Source: Abditibacteriaceae bacterium (GTDB lineage Bacteria > Armatimonadota > Abditibacteriia > Abditibacteriales > Abditibacteriaceae). From it: a DNA stretch of 64,000 nt. The stretch spans positions 2,400,001-2,464,000 of the forward strand of contig OZ255721.1 in the NCBI GenBank assembly GCA_965277285.1. The letters run 5' to 3'. The stretch's first letter is position 1. Each line of letters opens with the position of its first letter. The notes under the pieces are model-generated. The model was not told the origin of the DNA, ran no database searches, and saw nothing but the letters and a program-made list of their open reading frames with translations. Below, piece by piece: positions 9,998-20,477 of the stretch. A program made the position numbers and the translations under genes.

Positions 9998-10906
9998 ATG
10001 AAACTTACACAATTTCCCATCGCCCTGGGCTGCATGGGCTTGACCGGAACCTGGAACCCTGCCGACATGAACGCCGAGCGCGAAAAGCGCGCGATTACGG
10101 CGTTTGAAGCCGCACTCGAAGCGGGCATCACCTTTTTCGATCACGCCGATATTTACGGCGGCGGAAGCTGCGAAGAAGTTTTCAAAAAATGTCTGGAGGC
10201 TGTTCCTGGCTCGCGCGAACGAATTCAAATCGCCACCAAAGGCACGATTGGCGGCGGAATGTATAACGCCTCAGAAGACAATCTGAACGCCTGCATCGAA
10301 CGCTCTTTGCGGCGCATGGGCATCGAACACATCGACTTATATCAAGTGCATCGCCCCGATCCGTTCACGCATCCACGCGAAACCGCTCGAGTACTCGATA
10401 ACGCGTTGAAGTCTGGCAAAATTGGCGCGATTGGCGTTTCAAACTATTATCCCGAGCAAGTGCGCGCCTTGCAAACTTATCTCGAGGCGCCGATTGTGTC
10501 GAACCAGATCGCCATCAGTTTGGAGCGACTTGACCCGATTTACGAAGGCTGGGACATCGGCAACGGTACGGTCGGCGATGGAACGCTCGATCAGTGCATG
10601 GCGCTGGAAATGACGCCATTGGCGTATAGTCCTCTGGGCGGAGGAAAGCTGGCGCGCGGCGAAGCGAACACGCCCAAGCAGAAGTGGATGCAAAAAACCT
10701 TGAGCGAAATCGCGGAGAAAACCAGTCACACGCCGGTTCAAGTCGCGCTGTCGTGGCTGATGTCGCATCCTTCGGAAATCGTTCCGCTCGTCGGCAGCGC
10801 GAATCCAAAGCACATTCACGAAGCGGCAGGTGCTGCTGATTTACGGTTGACGCGCGAAGATTGGTACGCTTTGTGGACAGCCGCCTGGGGCCGCAACGTG
10901 CCGTAA
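9998..10906 (+). CDS. Aldo/keto reductase (YdhF-like)
   Basis: GITFFDHADIYG, IATK, HRPDP, IGVSN, AYSPLGGG. Confidence 0.92.
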   Translation: MKLTQFPIALGCMGLTGTWNPADMNAEREKRAITAFEAALEAGITFFDHADIYGGGSCEEVFKKCLEAVPGSRERIQIATKGTIGGGMYNASEDNLNACIERSLRRMGIEHIDLYQVHRPDPFTHPRETARVLDNALKSGKIGAIGVSNYYPEQVRALQTYLEAPIVSNQIAISLERLDPIYEGWDIGNGTVGDGTLDQCMALEMTPLAYSPLGGGKLARGEANTPKQKWMQKTLSEIAEKTSHTPVQVALSWLMSHPSEIVPLVGSANPKHIHEAAGAADLRLTREDWYALWTAAWGRNVP

Positions 10907-10919
10907 TTTATCACGCATC

Positions 10920-10947
10920 GTAGGGGCGAGGTACGCCTCGCCCCTAC
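10920..10947. repeat. GTAG-type REP-like palindrome (family A)
   Basis: GTAGGGGCGAGG-tacg-CCTCGCCCCTAC, just after the AKR stop codon. Confidence 0.8.
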
Positions 10948-11045
10948 TTACACGAACATAACGCGAGACTTTCGTCGAAGGTGGACGAGGCACGCCGCGC
11001 CAATGAGGCGCAGATGATTATTCAGACGATAATTTCGAGTACTCG

Positions 11046-11651
11046 ATGAGCGAACAAAACACTGACAACGAAGCTGGAGCGGCGACAGTAACCAGCGGCA
11101 GTGCGGGTTTGGAAGTCGCGGGAGAGCCGGGCGTTTACTGGTGCGCGCGACATCGCCGGGTCAAAACGCGTTTGCGTTGTGGTCGCTGCGAAACGCCGAT
11201 TTGCCCTAAATGCACGATTTACGGCCCGACAGGTGCGCGTTGCCGTAACTGCGCGTCTTATCGCGGCACGCATCTTTACAAAATTAGTCCGCTGCAATTG
11301 TTGATGACGTTTGCGCTATCGGCAATATTGGGAATTGTCGGCTCGCTCGTCATCCAATGGATTTTTCTGCTACTTTTCTTCGCTCCTGCGCTGGGCGGCG
11401 GGTTGGGAAATCTCATCACGCGTGTCACGGGCGGCAAGCGTGGGCCAGTCATTGCGAGCGCGGCTTCGGCAGGCATTGCGACAGGAACCGCAGCAATTTT
11501 CGCGTGGCGCTGGATGTCACTGCAAAATTCCTGGCAAAGAGCACACGTCCCCGCAACAGACATGATCTTGATGCTGAGCAGTTCCGGCGCGTTTTATCTT
11601 TTGATATTTCTGGTGCTGGCTATCGCTGGCGTATGGTATTGGCTACGCTAA
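11046..11651 (+). CDS. B-box-like zinc finger plus membrane domain protein
   Basis: CARH...CGRCETPICPKC...RCRNC followed by 3-4 TM helices. Confidence 0.75.
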   Translation: MSEQNTDNEAGAATVTSGSAGLEVAGEPGVYWCARHRRVKTRLRCGRCETPICPKCTIYGPTGARCRNCASYRGTHLYKISPLQLLMTFALSAILGIVGSLVIQWIFLLLFFAPALGGGLGNLITRVTGGKRGPVIASAASAGIATGTAAIFAWRWMSLQNSWQRAHVPATDMILMLSSSGAFYLLIFLVLAIAGVWYWLR

Positions 11652-11808
11652 ATGGAGATGTAGAACAGAAAAAGATCTTCCAAAATCTTCGCCTTGGCCT
11701 TCTGATTTCACGCGAAAACTATCCTTCTTTTCTTTATTTTAATGGCGCGCCGCGAATCGAGTACTCGATGCACTCGTCGCGGCGCTTTGTTTGACTTTTC
11801 ACGTTTTC

Positions 11809-12513
11809 ATGTTTCCTCTTCGACCGATGCACCAGCCGCAACGCCCAGCGCTCATCACGCGGCTGTTGATGGTGCTTAACGTTCTGGTCTTCATTGCTCA
11901 ATACTTGCCGGGTTTCTTGGGAAATTGGTCGCGGCAATTGTATATCAGCGGCGGCGCTGTTCCGCACTGCTATTTTTCGCCGAGTTCGTGCGGCATCCAG
12001 AGCATTCAAGCGGGCGCGTTATGGAAACCGCTGCTTTTTTCGATGTTTTTGCACGCGGGCATTTTGCATCTCGTCTTTAATATGTTGTTTTTATCAGTTT
12101 TTGGCGCCGGGCTGGAAGAGAAAATCGGCAAGTTGCGCTTTCTATTGTTCTATTTAGCTTGCGGAATCGTGGCGGCGACGGCGCATATTATCACGCATCC
12201 GTTTTCCAATGCGACTTTGATCGGTGCCAGCGGCGCCATTGCAGGAATCTTGGGCGCGTATCTGGTTTTGCTGCCACGCTCGTGGATTTTGACGTATTTT
12301 CCGCCGATTTTTCTGTTTCCCCTGCCCGCACCTTTGTTCTTGTTGTTATGGATCGCCTTCCAAATTGCGGCGCAGTTCTTTCCCCTCTTGCATCGAGTAC
12401 TCGAAGGCGGTTCTTCGGGTTCCTCCAACGATGTCGCATGGATGGCGCACATCGGCGGCTTTACTTGTGGCGTGTTGTGGGCATGGCAAAGTCGAGAAAA
12501 GAAGAAGCGGTGA
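11809..12513 (+). CDS. Rhomboid family intramembrane serine protease
   Basis: SMFLHAGILHLVFNMLFL, GASGAIAG, VAWMAHIGGF. Confidence 0.93.
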   Translation: MFPLRPMHQPQRPALITRLLMVLNVLVFIAQYLPGFLGNWSRQLYISGGAVPHCYFSPSSCGIQSIQAGALWKPLLFSMFLHAGILHLVFNMLFLSVFGAGLEEKIGKLRFLLFYLACGIVAATAHIITHPFSNATLIGASGAIAGILGAYLVLLPRSWILTYFPPIFLFPLPAPLFLLLWIAFQIAAQFFPLLHRVLEGGSSGSSNDVAWMAHIGGFTCGVLWAWQSREKKKR

Positions 12514-12543
12514 GGGTTTTCCGTCGCCAGGTAAAACGCCAAA

Positions 12544-12569
12544 CAGCCCACCGCTAAAGCAGTGGGCTG
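12544..12569. repeat. REP-like palindrome between convergent genes
   Basis: CAGCCCACCGCTAAAGCAGTGGGCTG hairpin. Confidence 0.5.
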
Positions 12570-12720
12570 AATTGAAAAGCCCCATAAATGGGACTCTTGA
12601 TACTTGCATTATTCCGTTGTCATTACAGCCGCTTTCATTGTCTTGTTCATTCAACCCACGCGTTCATACTGGGCAACTTCAAACTTGCACCACGCGCAAA
12701 AGACACGTTGTCTCCGAATT

Positions 12721-13716
12721 TCATGCAGCGCTAAGTTTTTTGCGCGGTGCCGAAAAGCTCGACAGCACTCTTTGCAGCAGCAAGAATACCAGCACCAGGA
12801 CTCCGACTGCGATGCTTGTCCACCACGAATTGAGCGTGCCTTGAAAAGTGATCAAGGTTTGAATCAATCCTAAAATCAAGACGCCCATCGCTGTGCCGCC
12901 GACCGAACCGACGCCGCCCGTCAGCAACGTGCCGCCAATAACAACGGCGGCAATGGCTTGCAATTCGAAGCCGACGCTCGCCGCAGGATCGCCGGAGCCG
13001 GTGTAAATCGAGTACAAAATACCGGCCATTGCGGAAAACAAACCCGACAAAACATAAATGCTGATTTTGGTGCGCGCGACCGGCAAGCCCATCATGCGCG
13101 CCGATTCTTCATCGCCGCCAATGGCATAAATGGCGCGGCCAAAACGCGTGCGTCCCAACATCCATGCGGTTGCGGCAAACAAAATCAGGCAGCAAATAGC
13201 CACAAAAGGTAGCGATAAGCCGCCGCCAACCGGCACGTTAAGATTTTGCGAAAGCGTTTCTGTATAGAACGGATCTTTCAAACTCAAGGATTCCGGTTCG
13301 AGCACAAACGCCATTGAGCGCGCGAAGAACATTCCAGCCAATGTCACCAAGAACGGCGGCAGCTTGAAACTTTGAATCAAAACGCCCATTAGGCCACCGA
13401 AACCAGCGCCAATCAGCAATGCCAAGACAATCGCTACTATCGGAGACGTATGATGATGTTCCACCATCGAGGCAATAAAAGTGCTGATAAATGCCACAAC
13501 CGCGCCAACCGATAAGTCGATGCCGCCCGATAAAATGACAATGGTCGCGCCAATCGCGGCCACGCCCAAAAATGCGTTATCGCCCAATAAGTTGACGATC
13601 ACCCGCTCGGAAGCGAAGTTGCGATAATTCAAGCATCCTGCCAAGTACAGCGTGAACATCACGGCAGCTGTCGCCAGAAGGGGAACCATCTGCGACGAAA
13701 TGCGCGGCTTTTTCAT
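12721..13716 (-). CDS. yjfF: Sugar ABC transporter permease, YjfF-like
   Basis: ILSGGIDLSVG, GGDEESARMMGLPV, IAAVVIGGTLLTGGVG; last gene of a ytfQRT-like operon. Confidence 0.85.
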   Translation of the reverse strand: MKKPRISSQMVPLLATAAVMFTLYLAGCLNYRNFASERVIVNLLGDNAFLGVAAIGATIVILSGGIDLSVGAVVAFISTFIASMVEHHHTSPIVAIVLALLIGAGFGGLMGVLIQSFKLPPFLVTLAGMFFARSMAFVLEPESLSLKDPFYTETLSQNLNVPVGGGLSLPFVAICCLILFAATAWMLGRTRFGRAIYAIGGDEESARMMGLPVARTKISIYVLSGLFSAMAGILYSIYTGSGDPAASVGFELQAIAAVVIGGTLLTGGVGSVGGTAMGVLILGLIQTLITFQGTLNSWWTSIAVGVLVLVFLLLQRVLSSFSAPRKKLSAA

Positions 13717-14753
13717 GCCGACCTCCTTTTCGTCAGGCCAACGACGCGGGCGCGGAAAGTTTCCGATTGCAGCAGGCAAACCAGGATAATCATAATCGCT
13801 TTGGGCAGCGGCGCGATGTTAGGACTGACATTGCGCATATACATCGTTGTCGTCAAAGTTTGAATCAGCAGCGCGCCGATGATGGCGCCGGTCAGCGAAA
13901 AGCGCCCGCCCGTCAAAGCCGTTCCACCCACAACAGCTGCTAAAATGGCGTCCAATTCCAAGTTAAGTCCAATGTTGTTGGCGTCGGCGCCCCCGATATT
14001 GGCGGCGGCGACAACGCCCGCCAGAGCCGCGCAAAATCCCACAAAAACATACACCATCAATTTGATTTGACCTGAATTCAGACCTGCATAACGGCTGGCG
14101 ACTTCGTTGTCACCAACGGCTTCGACGAATAATCCAATCGCCGTGCGACGCGTTAATAGTGAGGTCAGCGCGAAAGTCACAAGCGCCAGAACAACCGGAA
14201 AAGGCAAACCTAACACAGAACCATTGCCCAAAAAAACCAACGACGGCTGCGAAAAATTAACGATTTGGCCCCCCGTTACCAATTGCGCGATGCCACGTCC
14301 AGCCACCATTAAGACCAGCGTCGCAACAATGGGCTGCAGCTTAAAAATGCCCACCAAAACGCCATTCCACGTTCCCGCGATCAAACCGCACAGGAGTGCT
14401 GCACCAACCGCGACAAACACGTTATGGTTCTGGATCAAGACAGCGGCGACGGCTCCGGCAATCGCCATCACGGCGCCAACTGACAAATCGACGCCGCCCG
14501 TTGCGATCACCAGCGACATTCCCAGCGACAGCAACATCACCTGCGAACCGCGCAGCAAAATATCGACGGGCACGCCATAAAGGTGGCCGGTGCGCCATTC
14601 CAGATGAAAAAACCCGCGTGTGAAGAAAAGGTTGAACAACAATAAAACGGCCAGCGAGATGACGGGCCAGGCTAAAGTGGTTGGCGTAAAGCCGCGCCGT
14701 CCCGTTTTGGTCGACTCGGGTGCGCCGTCCAAAGTTTGCGCGCCATTAGACAT
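13713..14753 (-). CDS. ytfT: Sugar ABC transporter permease, YtfT-like
   Basis: VIATGGVDLSVGAVMAI, QPIVATLVLMVAGRGIAQL, ADANNIGLNLELDAI. Confidence 0.85.
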   Translation of the reverse strand: MSNGAQTLDGAPESTKTGRRGFTPTTLAWPVISLAVLLLFNLFFTRGFFHLEWRTGHLYGVPVDILLRGSQVMLLSLGMSLVIATGGVDLSVGAVMAIAGAVAAVLIQNHNVFVAVGAALLCGLIAGTWNGVLVGIFKLQPIVATLVLMVAGRGIAQLVTGGQIVNFSQPSLVFLGNGSVLGLPFPVVLALVTFALTSLLTRRTAIGLFVEAVGDNEVASRYAGLNSGQIKLMVYVFVGFCAALAGVVAAANIGGADANNIGLNLELDAILAAVVGGTALTGGRFSLTGAIIGALLIQTLTTTMYMRNVSPNIAPLPKAIMIILVCLLQSETFRARVVGLTKRRSA

Positions 14754-16317
14754 GGGAAGCCTCTTCTTTCGTCGTTTGTCCGACAAGGGATTGTCCAGCG
14801 ACGGATTGTCCGGCAATCGTTTGCATGATGGCCGCCTCGGTCAATCGAGTACTCGAAAGCTCGCCGACAGGCACGCGGTCGCGCAAAACCAGAACCTTAT
14901 CGCAGGTGCGCACCACTTCTTCCAATTCCGAGGAAATGAACAAGACCGCCAACCCTTGCTCGCGTAACGAAGCGATCAATTTTTCGATTTCAGCTTTGGC
15001 GCCGATGTCGATGCCGCGTGTCGGCTCGTCCAAAATCAGCAAGCGCGGCTGATTGGCCAGCCAGCGACCCAGCAACACTTTTTGCTGGTTGCCACCGGAT
15101 AGCAGGCGCACCGGTTGTTCGGCGTGTGGCGTTTTGATGCGTAGCGCCTTAATGAAGCGGTCAGCAATTTCGTTTTGCTCGCGGCGGCTCAGGTTGCGCC
15201 ACAAACCGCGACTGCCCTGCAACGCCAGCACGATATTTTCGCGCACCGAAAGATGCGGAATAATACCTTCGACTTTGCGATTTTCAGGAGTGAAAGCGAA
15301 ACCTGCGTCAATCGCCTGCCGCGGCGAGCGCAACGAGACTTTGCGCCCATCGACCGTAATTTCACCACTGTCCGAACGATCGATGCCGAACAGTAAACGC
15401 GCCACTTCGGTGCGGCCAGAACCCAGCAAACCCGCCAATCCGACGATTTCGCCGCGCCCAATTTCCAGATTGAATGGCGTCATCGTGCCAGAGCGCGACA
15501 AGCCTTGTGCCGCAACAAAAGGCGAGAAAAATTGCGTCGCGCCAGCTTTTTTGCGGGCGGGCGCATCTTCCGGCTCGCTTTCCAGGTCGCGCCCGATCAT
15601 GGCCGAAACCAAAGACGTCCGCGGCAACTGCGCCGTTTCGTATTCGCCGACCAGATGTCCATCGCGCAAAACCGTGATGCGGTCGCAAATCGCATAGACC
15701 TGATCAAGGAAGTGCGTCACGAAGACAATACCCAGACCGTCCTCGCGCAGCTTGCGCAACACAACGAACAATTCTTCGACTTCGCCTTCATCAAGCGAAG
15801 CGGTCGGCTCGTCCAAAATCAGCAGCTTTGCGTCCACCTCGAGCGCGCGCGCGATGGCGACCATGTGCTGCACCGCGACAGAATAGGACGCCAGTTCTCG
15901 CGTCACATCAATGCTGATGTCTAAGCGTTCGAGCGCCGCTTGCGCGCGACGGCGAATTTCCTTCCATCGAATCGCGCCCAGCCGCGTCGTTTCGCGTCCC
16001 AGGCAAATATTTTCAGCGACTGACAAGCGCGGAATCAGGTTGACTTCCTGATAAACCGTGGATAGCCCCAAGTTTTCCGCTTCGCGCGGCGAAGCAGGCG
16101 TAATTGATCGACCCGCGAAAAAGACTTCGCCACCTTCGCGCGCGTAAACACCCGTAATCGCCTTGATTAAGGTGCTTTTGCCAGCGCCGTTTTCGCCCAT
16201 TAAAGCATGAACTTCGCCGCTGCGAACGGTGAAATCGACGCCGTCCAAAGCTTTGACACCAGGAAAACCTTTGATGAGACCGCGCACTTCCAACAAGGCG
16301 TTTGTGTCGTTTTGCAT
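14746..16317 (-). CDS. ytfR: Sugar ABC transporter ATP-binding protein, YtfR-like (two ABC domains)
   Basis: GENGAGKST, LILDEPT twice, LSGGNQQK. Confidence 0.9.
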   Translation of the reverse strand: MQNDTNALLEVRGLIKGFPGVKALDGVDFTVRSGEVHALMGENGAGKSTLIKAITGVYAREGGEVFFAGRSITPASPREAENLGLSTVYQEVNLIPRLSVAENICLGRETTRLGAIRWKEIRRRAQAALERLDISIDVTRELASYSVAVQHMVAIARALEVDAKLLILDEPTASLDEGEVEELFVVLRKLREDGLGIVFVTHFLDQVYAICDRITVLRDGHLVGEYETAQLPRTSLVSAMIGRDLESEPEDAPARKKAGATQFFSPFVAAQGLSRSGTMTPFNLEIGRGEIVGLAGLLGSGRTEVARLLFGIDRSDSGEITVDGRKVSLRSPRQAIDAGFAFTPENRKVEGIIPHLSVRENIVLALQGSRGLWRNLSRREQNEIADRFIKALRIKTPHAEQPVRLLSGGNQQKVLLGRWLANQPRLLILDEPTRGIDIGAKAEIEKLIASLREQGLAVLFISSELEEVVRTCDKVLVLRDRVPVGELSSTRLTEAAIMQTIAGQSVAGQSLVGQTTKEEASHV

Positions 16318-16339
16318 AAGCTATCCAAGAAGTTTTCGC

Positions 16340-16398
16340 GCGTATTTAGTCGCTTATCGAGTACTCGAATCGAGTATTCGATAAGCGACTAAATACGC
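16340..16398. repeat. 59-bp hairpin built from two copies of the 12-bp palindrome
   Basis: GCGTATTTAGTCGCTTA-TCGAGTACTCGA-a-TCGAGTATTCGA-TAAGCGACTAAATACGC. Confidence 0.85.
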
Positions 16399-16433
16399 AT
16401 TGTCTTCTGAGTTCTCAAAGCCTGCCTGCGTTC

Positions 16434-17465
16434 TTAATACTTGCGGCTGGGAAGCGCCGCTTTCGCATTGGTCTGGTCGAAAACCGTTTCTTTAGGCGCG
16501 ATATGCTTGTCCACAGTTTTGCCAGCTTTGAGCGACGTCGCGGCATCGAACAAATCTGGCCCGAGCAGGGGGTTACATTCGACCACACAATTGTTTTTGC
16601 CGGCGACTAACGCTTCGAGCGCGTCCTTAATGCCGTCCATCGAAACAATTTTGATATCTGTTCCGGGCTTGCCACCCGATTCTTCAATCGCTTGAATCGC
16701 GCCCATCGCCATATCATCGTTGTGTGCAAAAACTGCTGTAATCGACTTGCCATCCGGGCTTTTGAGGAACGATTCCATGACCTCTTTGCCTTTGGAACGC
16801 GAAAAATCACCGCTTTGCGACTTGATGACTTTCATGTTCGGATACTGCTTGATGATTTCCAGAAAACCTTTCTGGCGATCAATCGCAGGCGCAGCGCCTG
16901 GAGTTCCCTGCAATTCAGCGATAGTGGCTTTGCCGCCCGTATCCTTGGCCAGAAAACGTCCGGCGCGGCGCCCTTCCTCAACGAAGTCGGAGCCGATAAA
17001 TGTCGCGTACAACGAAGGATCGCTGACATCAACGTTACGGTCGGTCAAGATAACCGGAATCTTGGCGGCTTTCGCTTCACGCAGAACCGGTTCCCAACCC
17101 GTTGAGACCTTGGGAGCCAGCGCGATCACGTCAACGCCCTGCGCTATAAACGAACGAATCGCCTTGATCTGGTTTTCCTGTTTTCCCTGCGCATCAGAAA
17201 ACTTCAGATTGACGCCACGTTTGGCCGCTTCGTCTTTAATTGATTGCGTTTCAGCCGTGCGCCACGCGCTTTCTGCACCGATCTGCGAAAAACCGACCGT
17301 CATCGACGATGCGCCCGCACTCGAAGCACCAGTGCTGCCATTCGTGGGCGTCGTCGTATCTGCGCCACCGCCGCCTTTATTGCCGCACGAAGCCAATAAT
17401 GCGCTCGTTGCAAAAAATGCCGCGCAACCCGTCAAGGTGCGCCAATTCATTTGTGTCGTTCTCAT
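16434..17465 (-). CDS. ytfQ: Sugar ABC substrate-binding lipoprotein, YtfQ (galactofuranose-binding)-like
   Basis: Lipobox LASC; VGFSQIGAESAWRTAET, ENQIKAIRSFIAQGVD, VECNPLLGP. Confidence 0.88.
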   Translation of the reverse strand: MRTTQMNWRTLTGCAAFFATSALLASCGNKGGGGADTTTPTNGSTGASSAGASSMTVGFSQIGAESAWRTAETQSIKDEAAKRGVNLKFSDAQGKQENQIKAIRSFIAQGVDVIALAPKVSTGWEPVLREAKAAKIPVILTDRNVDVSDPSLYATFIGSDFVEEGRRAGRFLAKDTGGKATIAELQGTPGAAPAIDRQKGFLEIIKQYPNMKVIKSQSGDFSRSKGKEVMESFLKSPDGKSITAVFAHNDDMAMGAIQAIEESGGKPGTDIKIVSMDGIKDALEALVAGKNNCVVECNPLLGPDLFDAATSLKAGKTVDKHIAPKETVFDQTNAKAALPSRKY

Positions 17466-17599
17466 TCGTTTCTCCTTGGTTTCATTTACAACTTACGGCT
17501 TTATGAGTGCGGCAAATAACGTTGCTTTCGCCGCTTATCGAGTACTCGAATCAAGCGTTCGATGGGCGATTTCGCATATGTTTTTGTGTCGCGCAGTGA

Positions 17600-20278
17600 C
17601 TATGGCGCGAACGTGGGACCTGCGACATCGGCAATGCCAAAATCGAGAAATTGACCGCCGCCGGTCTGGTGAACGTGCGCCGCCAGTGTCAAAGGACCCG
17701 GCTTAAACTGTTTCAACGCCAGCGGACTGATAGCGTAGCCTTGATAGCTTCCATTGTAGCTGGAGGCCGTTGTCGCCAATACACCGTTGAAATATACCTC
17801 GGTGTCTTCGTCGTGCTGCAGCCAAACTTGCGGGTTTTTGAAGGAAGCGGCGTTGGCGGGCACCACCGCTTGACGGCGAATCCACAAATCGGCAGTCGTC
17901 CACGGCGTGCGCACGCCACTGACACCGGCACCAAACGGCGCTGGCGCGCTTTGCCAACTCGAATCGTCATAATTCGGGCTAGTCCAATCTCCCACCGGTT
18001 GGGTAATGGTGTAGCGCCAGGTAAATGCCGTCGCCTGTGAAGACGGCACAATGTCCTTCCTGATCGCCGGAATCGGTTGCGGCGCCCAATTTTCGGCGCT
18101 CTTGGAACCGCGCGCCGCCCATTTCTTCCACACCATCATGTCGGTCAGCATCGGCATAAAGAGACCGCCAATGACAGGACGCGCCTTAAATCCGGTTTGC
18201 TTGCCGCTGTCCGTCCAATACCAGTCAGAGAAAGGCACGCGGTCAGGCGTTTCGTTGGCAAAACGATAAACCGGGTCGATAATCGCGTCGAAACTGGCGC
18301 GATCCGTTGCCAACGAAGCCGTCCACACCGACCAGTCGGTTTTCGTGTAGGCCTTGCGGCTATCGAGCGGCAGGCCGTAAGGGTTCAACTTGGTGCGATA
18401 GAACGCCACTTCTTTGGCCACAGCCGCAGCGGGGAACAAGCGCAAATCGAGTACTCGATCCCAAATCAGGTTATATTTCTGGCTCCAGGTGCCGGGATTA
18501 TTGAAAGCCAGGCGGAAATGGTCGCCGTCGTTGGCGCTTTGCACCCAACTGTTGGCGTAACTTTGCGCTATGGCGCGATATTTTTGAGCGTTCGCCTGGT
18601 CGCCTCGCATAGCGCACATTTGCGCATAAGCGCCCAAACCGACAATCGCTTTGGCCGACAGGTTGACGTTGTGCGCGACATGTCCCGCAAAGTCGTCGGT
18701 GGTGAGCTGGTTTTCCGGATTGAAACCTTCTTGCACCAGATAATCCGCCCACTTCGTCAACACTTTCCAATAGGGTTCAGCGAAGCGGACATTGCCTTCG
18801 ATGTGTGCAATCGAGCCGACACACAGCAGCATATTGCCGCATTCTTCGACCGGCATTTGGCCTTCTTCGCCGTTTTCGCCAGCACCATAAGTTTGGCCGG
18901 TCGCCAGTGGATAAGTTCCGACATCGTGCGGCGCGAAAGAAAACTTCCAGCGCCCACTCGACGCATATTGCAACATCGGAATAACCGTCGCTTTGGCCAG
19001 CAAAGGATTGGTCAACAAGAACTGCGGCAACATCGGATAAAACACGTCGGTCGTGCCAATCGAGCCGTTGCTGTTGTTTTCTTTGCAGAACATCAACGGC
19101 TGACCATTCGCATCAGCGATGATTTTGTTGGCCGCCAAACATTGGCGATACGCCAAAGTCGATATGGCCACATACTTCGGGCCGCCACGTTGCAGCGCAT
19201 CGGCCATCATGGAATTATCGAAAGCGACGCAGCGCGCCATAATCGAAGCGTAGTCCAACTCAGCGCGTGGCAAAAGTGTGGCGGGCGTCATTCCATTGCG
19301 ACGCCAGTAAGGACGCATATAACGCCCAAAATAATTGATCGAGTAAATGTCGTCGTAAGCGATCAGCGCGTGTTGTTCGACCGACGCCGCACCAACGCGT
19401 CCCAACGGCAACACCAACGCGGCAGAAATTGCCTCGTCGTTGGCAGCGCGCGGCATCCGCGTGTCATCGGTGCGCGGCAAAGTGCCGTTGGTTACGAAAG
19501 ACGTTTCGCTACTTTCTTCCGACGCTAAAACCGTCTGCGAAGCGCGCGGCGCCGTCAGATAAAGATAACCCCAGTCGATGCGCACATCATCGCCAGCGCG
19601 TCCCAAAACATTTTGTTCTTGCGTTCCAATGCGCATCGCCGTCATGTCACCAGCTTTCTGGCGACCCCACGCAACTTTCTGATCCGGCGAGTTCACGCTC
19701 AATTCGCCGCCCGCGCTGAAATAAGCCGACACCGCGTGCCCACGTCCATCCAGCGAACGAGCGCTCCACGAAACATAAGTGACGGGGCGCGACAAAACTT
19801 CCAAATCGTCGGGCAAGCCGGGCGAAGTAAACGTCAAAACGACTTGAACCTGCGAGTTGGCAAACGTGGCAATGGTTCGCGTCGGCGTCACTTTCAACGT
19901 CGTCTGGCGCATCGCGGGAACGCTGCGCATCGAGTTGCCCAACAAGCGATACGTTTGATTGTCAACGCGAATCAGAGAAGAAAGCGGCTGACGCGCGCCC
20001 GACCAATGACGCGTCGAGTCGTCGGTCAGGCGGTCGGCATTCGACCAAACGCTGAAATAAGGATCGTGTGCAATCAATGGCACCGAAGGTGGACGTAAAT
20101 CCGCCAATGGCACTGAAGGGGGACGTAGATCCGCTACCAGCATCGGCTTCACGTCTCGTGCTACGGCTGATGGTGCGGGAGTCGCCGAGGGCGGTTGCAT
20201 GTAGCGGATTAGTAGCAGGCCAGCTACACATAAAAGGGCAGCCGTAGAAAAAATTGTCGTTGAAGCTTTTGATTTCAT
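17600..20278 (-). CDS. DUF5127/DUF4965 (fungal glutaminase GtaA-like) alpha/alpha-barrel protein with C-terminal beta-sandwich
   Basis: RPPSVPLIAHDPYFSVW, KENNSNG...TTDV, APHDVGTYP, MPVEECGNM, TDDFAG, WSQKYNL, YTKTDW. Confidence 0.85.
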   Translation of the reverse strand: MKSKASTTIFSTAALLCVAGLLLIRYMQPPSATPAPSAVARDVKPMLVADLRPPSVPLADLRPPSVPLIAHDPYFSVWSNADRLTDDSTRHWSGARQPLSSLIRVDNQTYRLLGNSMRSVPAMRQTTLKVTPTRTIATFANSQVQVVLTFTSPGLPDDLEVLSRPVTYVSWSARSLDGRGHAVSAYFSAGGELSVNSPDQKVAWGRQKAGDMTAMRIGTQEQNVLGRAGDDVRIDWGYLYLTAPRASQTVLASEESSETSFVTNGTLPRTDDTRMPRAANDEAISAALVLPLGRVGAASVEQHALIAYDDIYSINYFGRYMRPYWRRNGMTPATLLPRAELDYASIMARCVAFDNSMMADALQRGGPKYVAISTLAYRQCLAANKIIADANGQPLMFCKENNSNGSIGTTDVFYPMLPQFLLTNPLLAKATVIPMLQYASSGRWKFSFAPHDVGTYPLATGQTYGAGENGEEGQMPVEECGNMLLCVGSIAHIEGNVRFAEPYWKVLTKWADYLVQEGFNPENQLTTDDFAGHVAHNVNLSAKAIVGLGAYAQMCAMRGDQANAQKYRAIAQSYANSWVQSANDGDHFRLAFNNPGTWSQKYNLIWDRVLDLRLFPAAAVAKEVAFYRTKLNPYGLPLDSRKAYTKTDWSVWTASLATDRASFDAIIDPVYRFANETPDRVPFSDWYWTDSGKQTGFKARPVIGGLFMPMLTDMMVWKKWAARGSKSAENWAPQPIPAIRKDIVPSSQATAFTWRYTITQPVGDWTSPNYDDSSWQSAPAPFGAGVSGVRTPWTTADLWIRRQAVVPANAASFKNPQVWLQHDEDTEVYFNGVLATTASSYNGSYQGYAISPLALKQFKPGPLTLAAHVHQTGGGQFLDFGIADVAGPTFAP

Positions 20279-20477
20279 AAATTTGCTCGTTCCCTGCTGT
20301 CACCATAACTGCCTCTGGGAACTTTGAGATCGCTATTTGCTACGAAAATTTCGTGGGAGCACAAAGTGTAAAGCTACAAAAAGCATGAGCCGCGAGGGCG
20401 ACTTCAAGATTGTGCAAAGTTTAGGTTATCGCACGATTTTACATATAAAGTTCGTCCCTTGCAACTTAAAACAAAGA

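Noticed and set aside
18077..19528. 483-aa plus-strand ORF
   Set aside because: Antisense to the DUF4965 gene; a codon-bias shadow.
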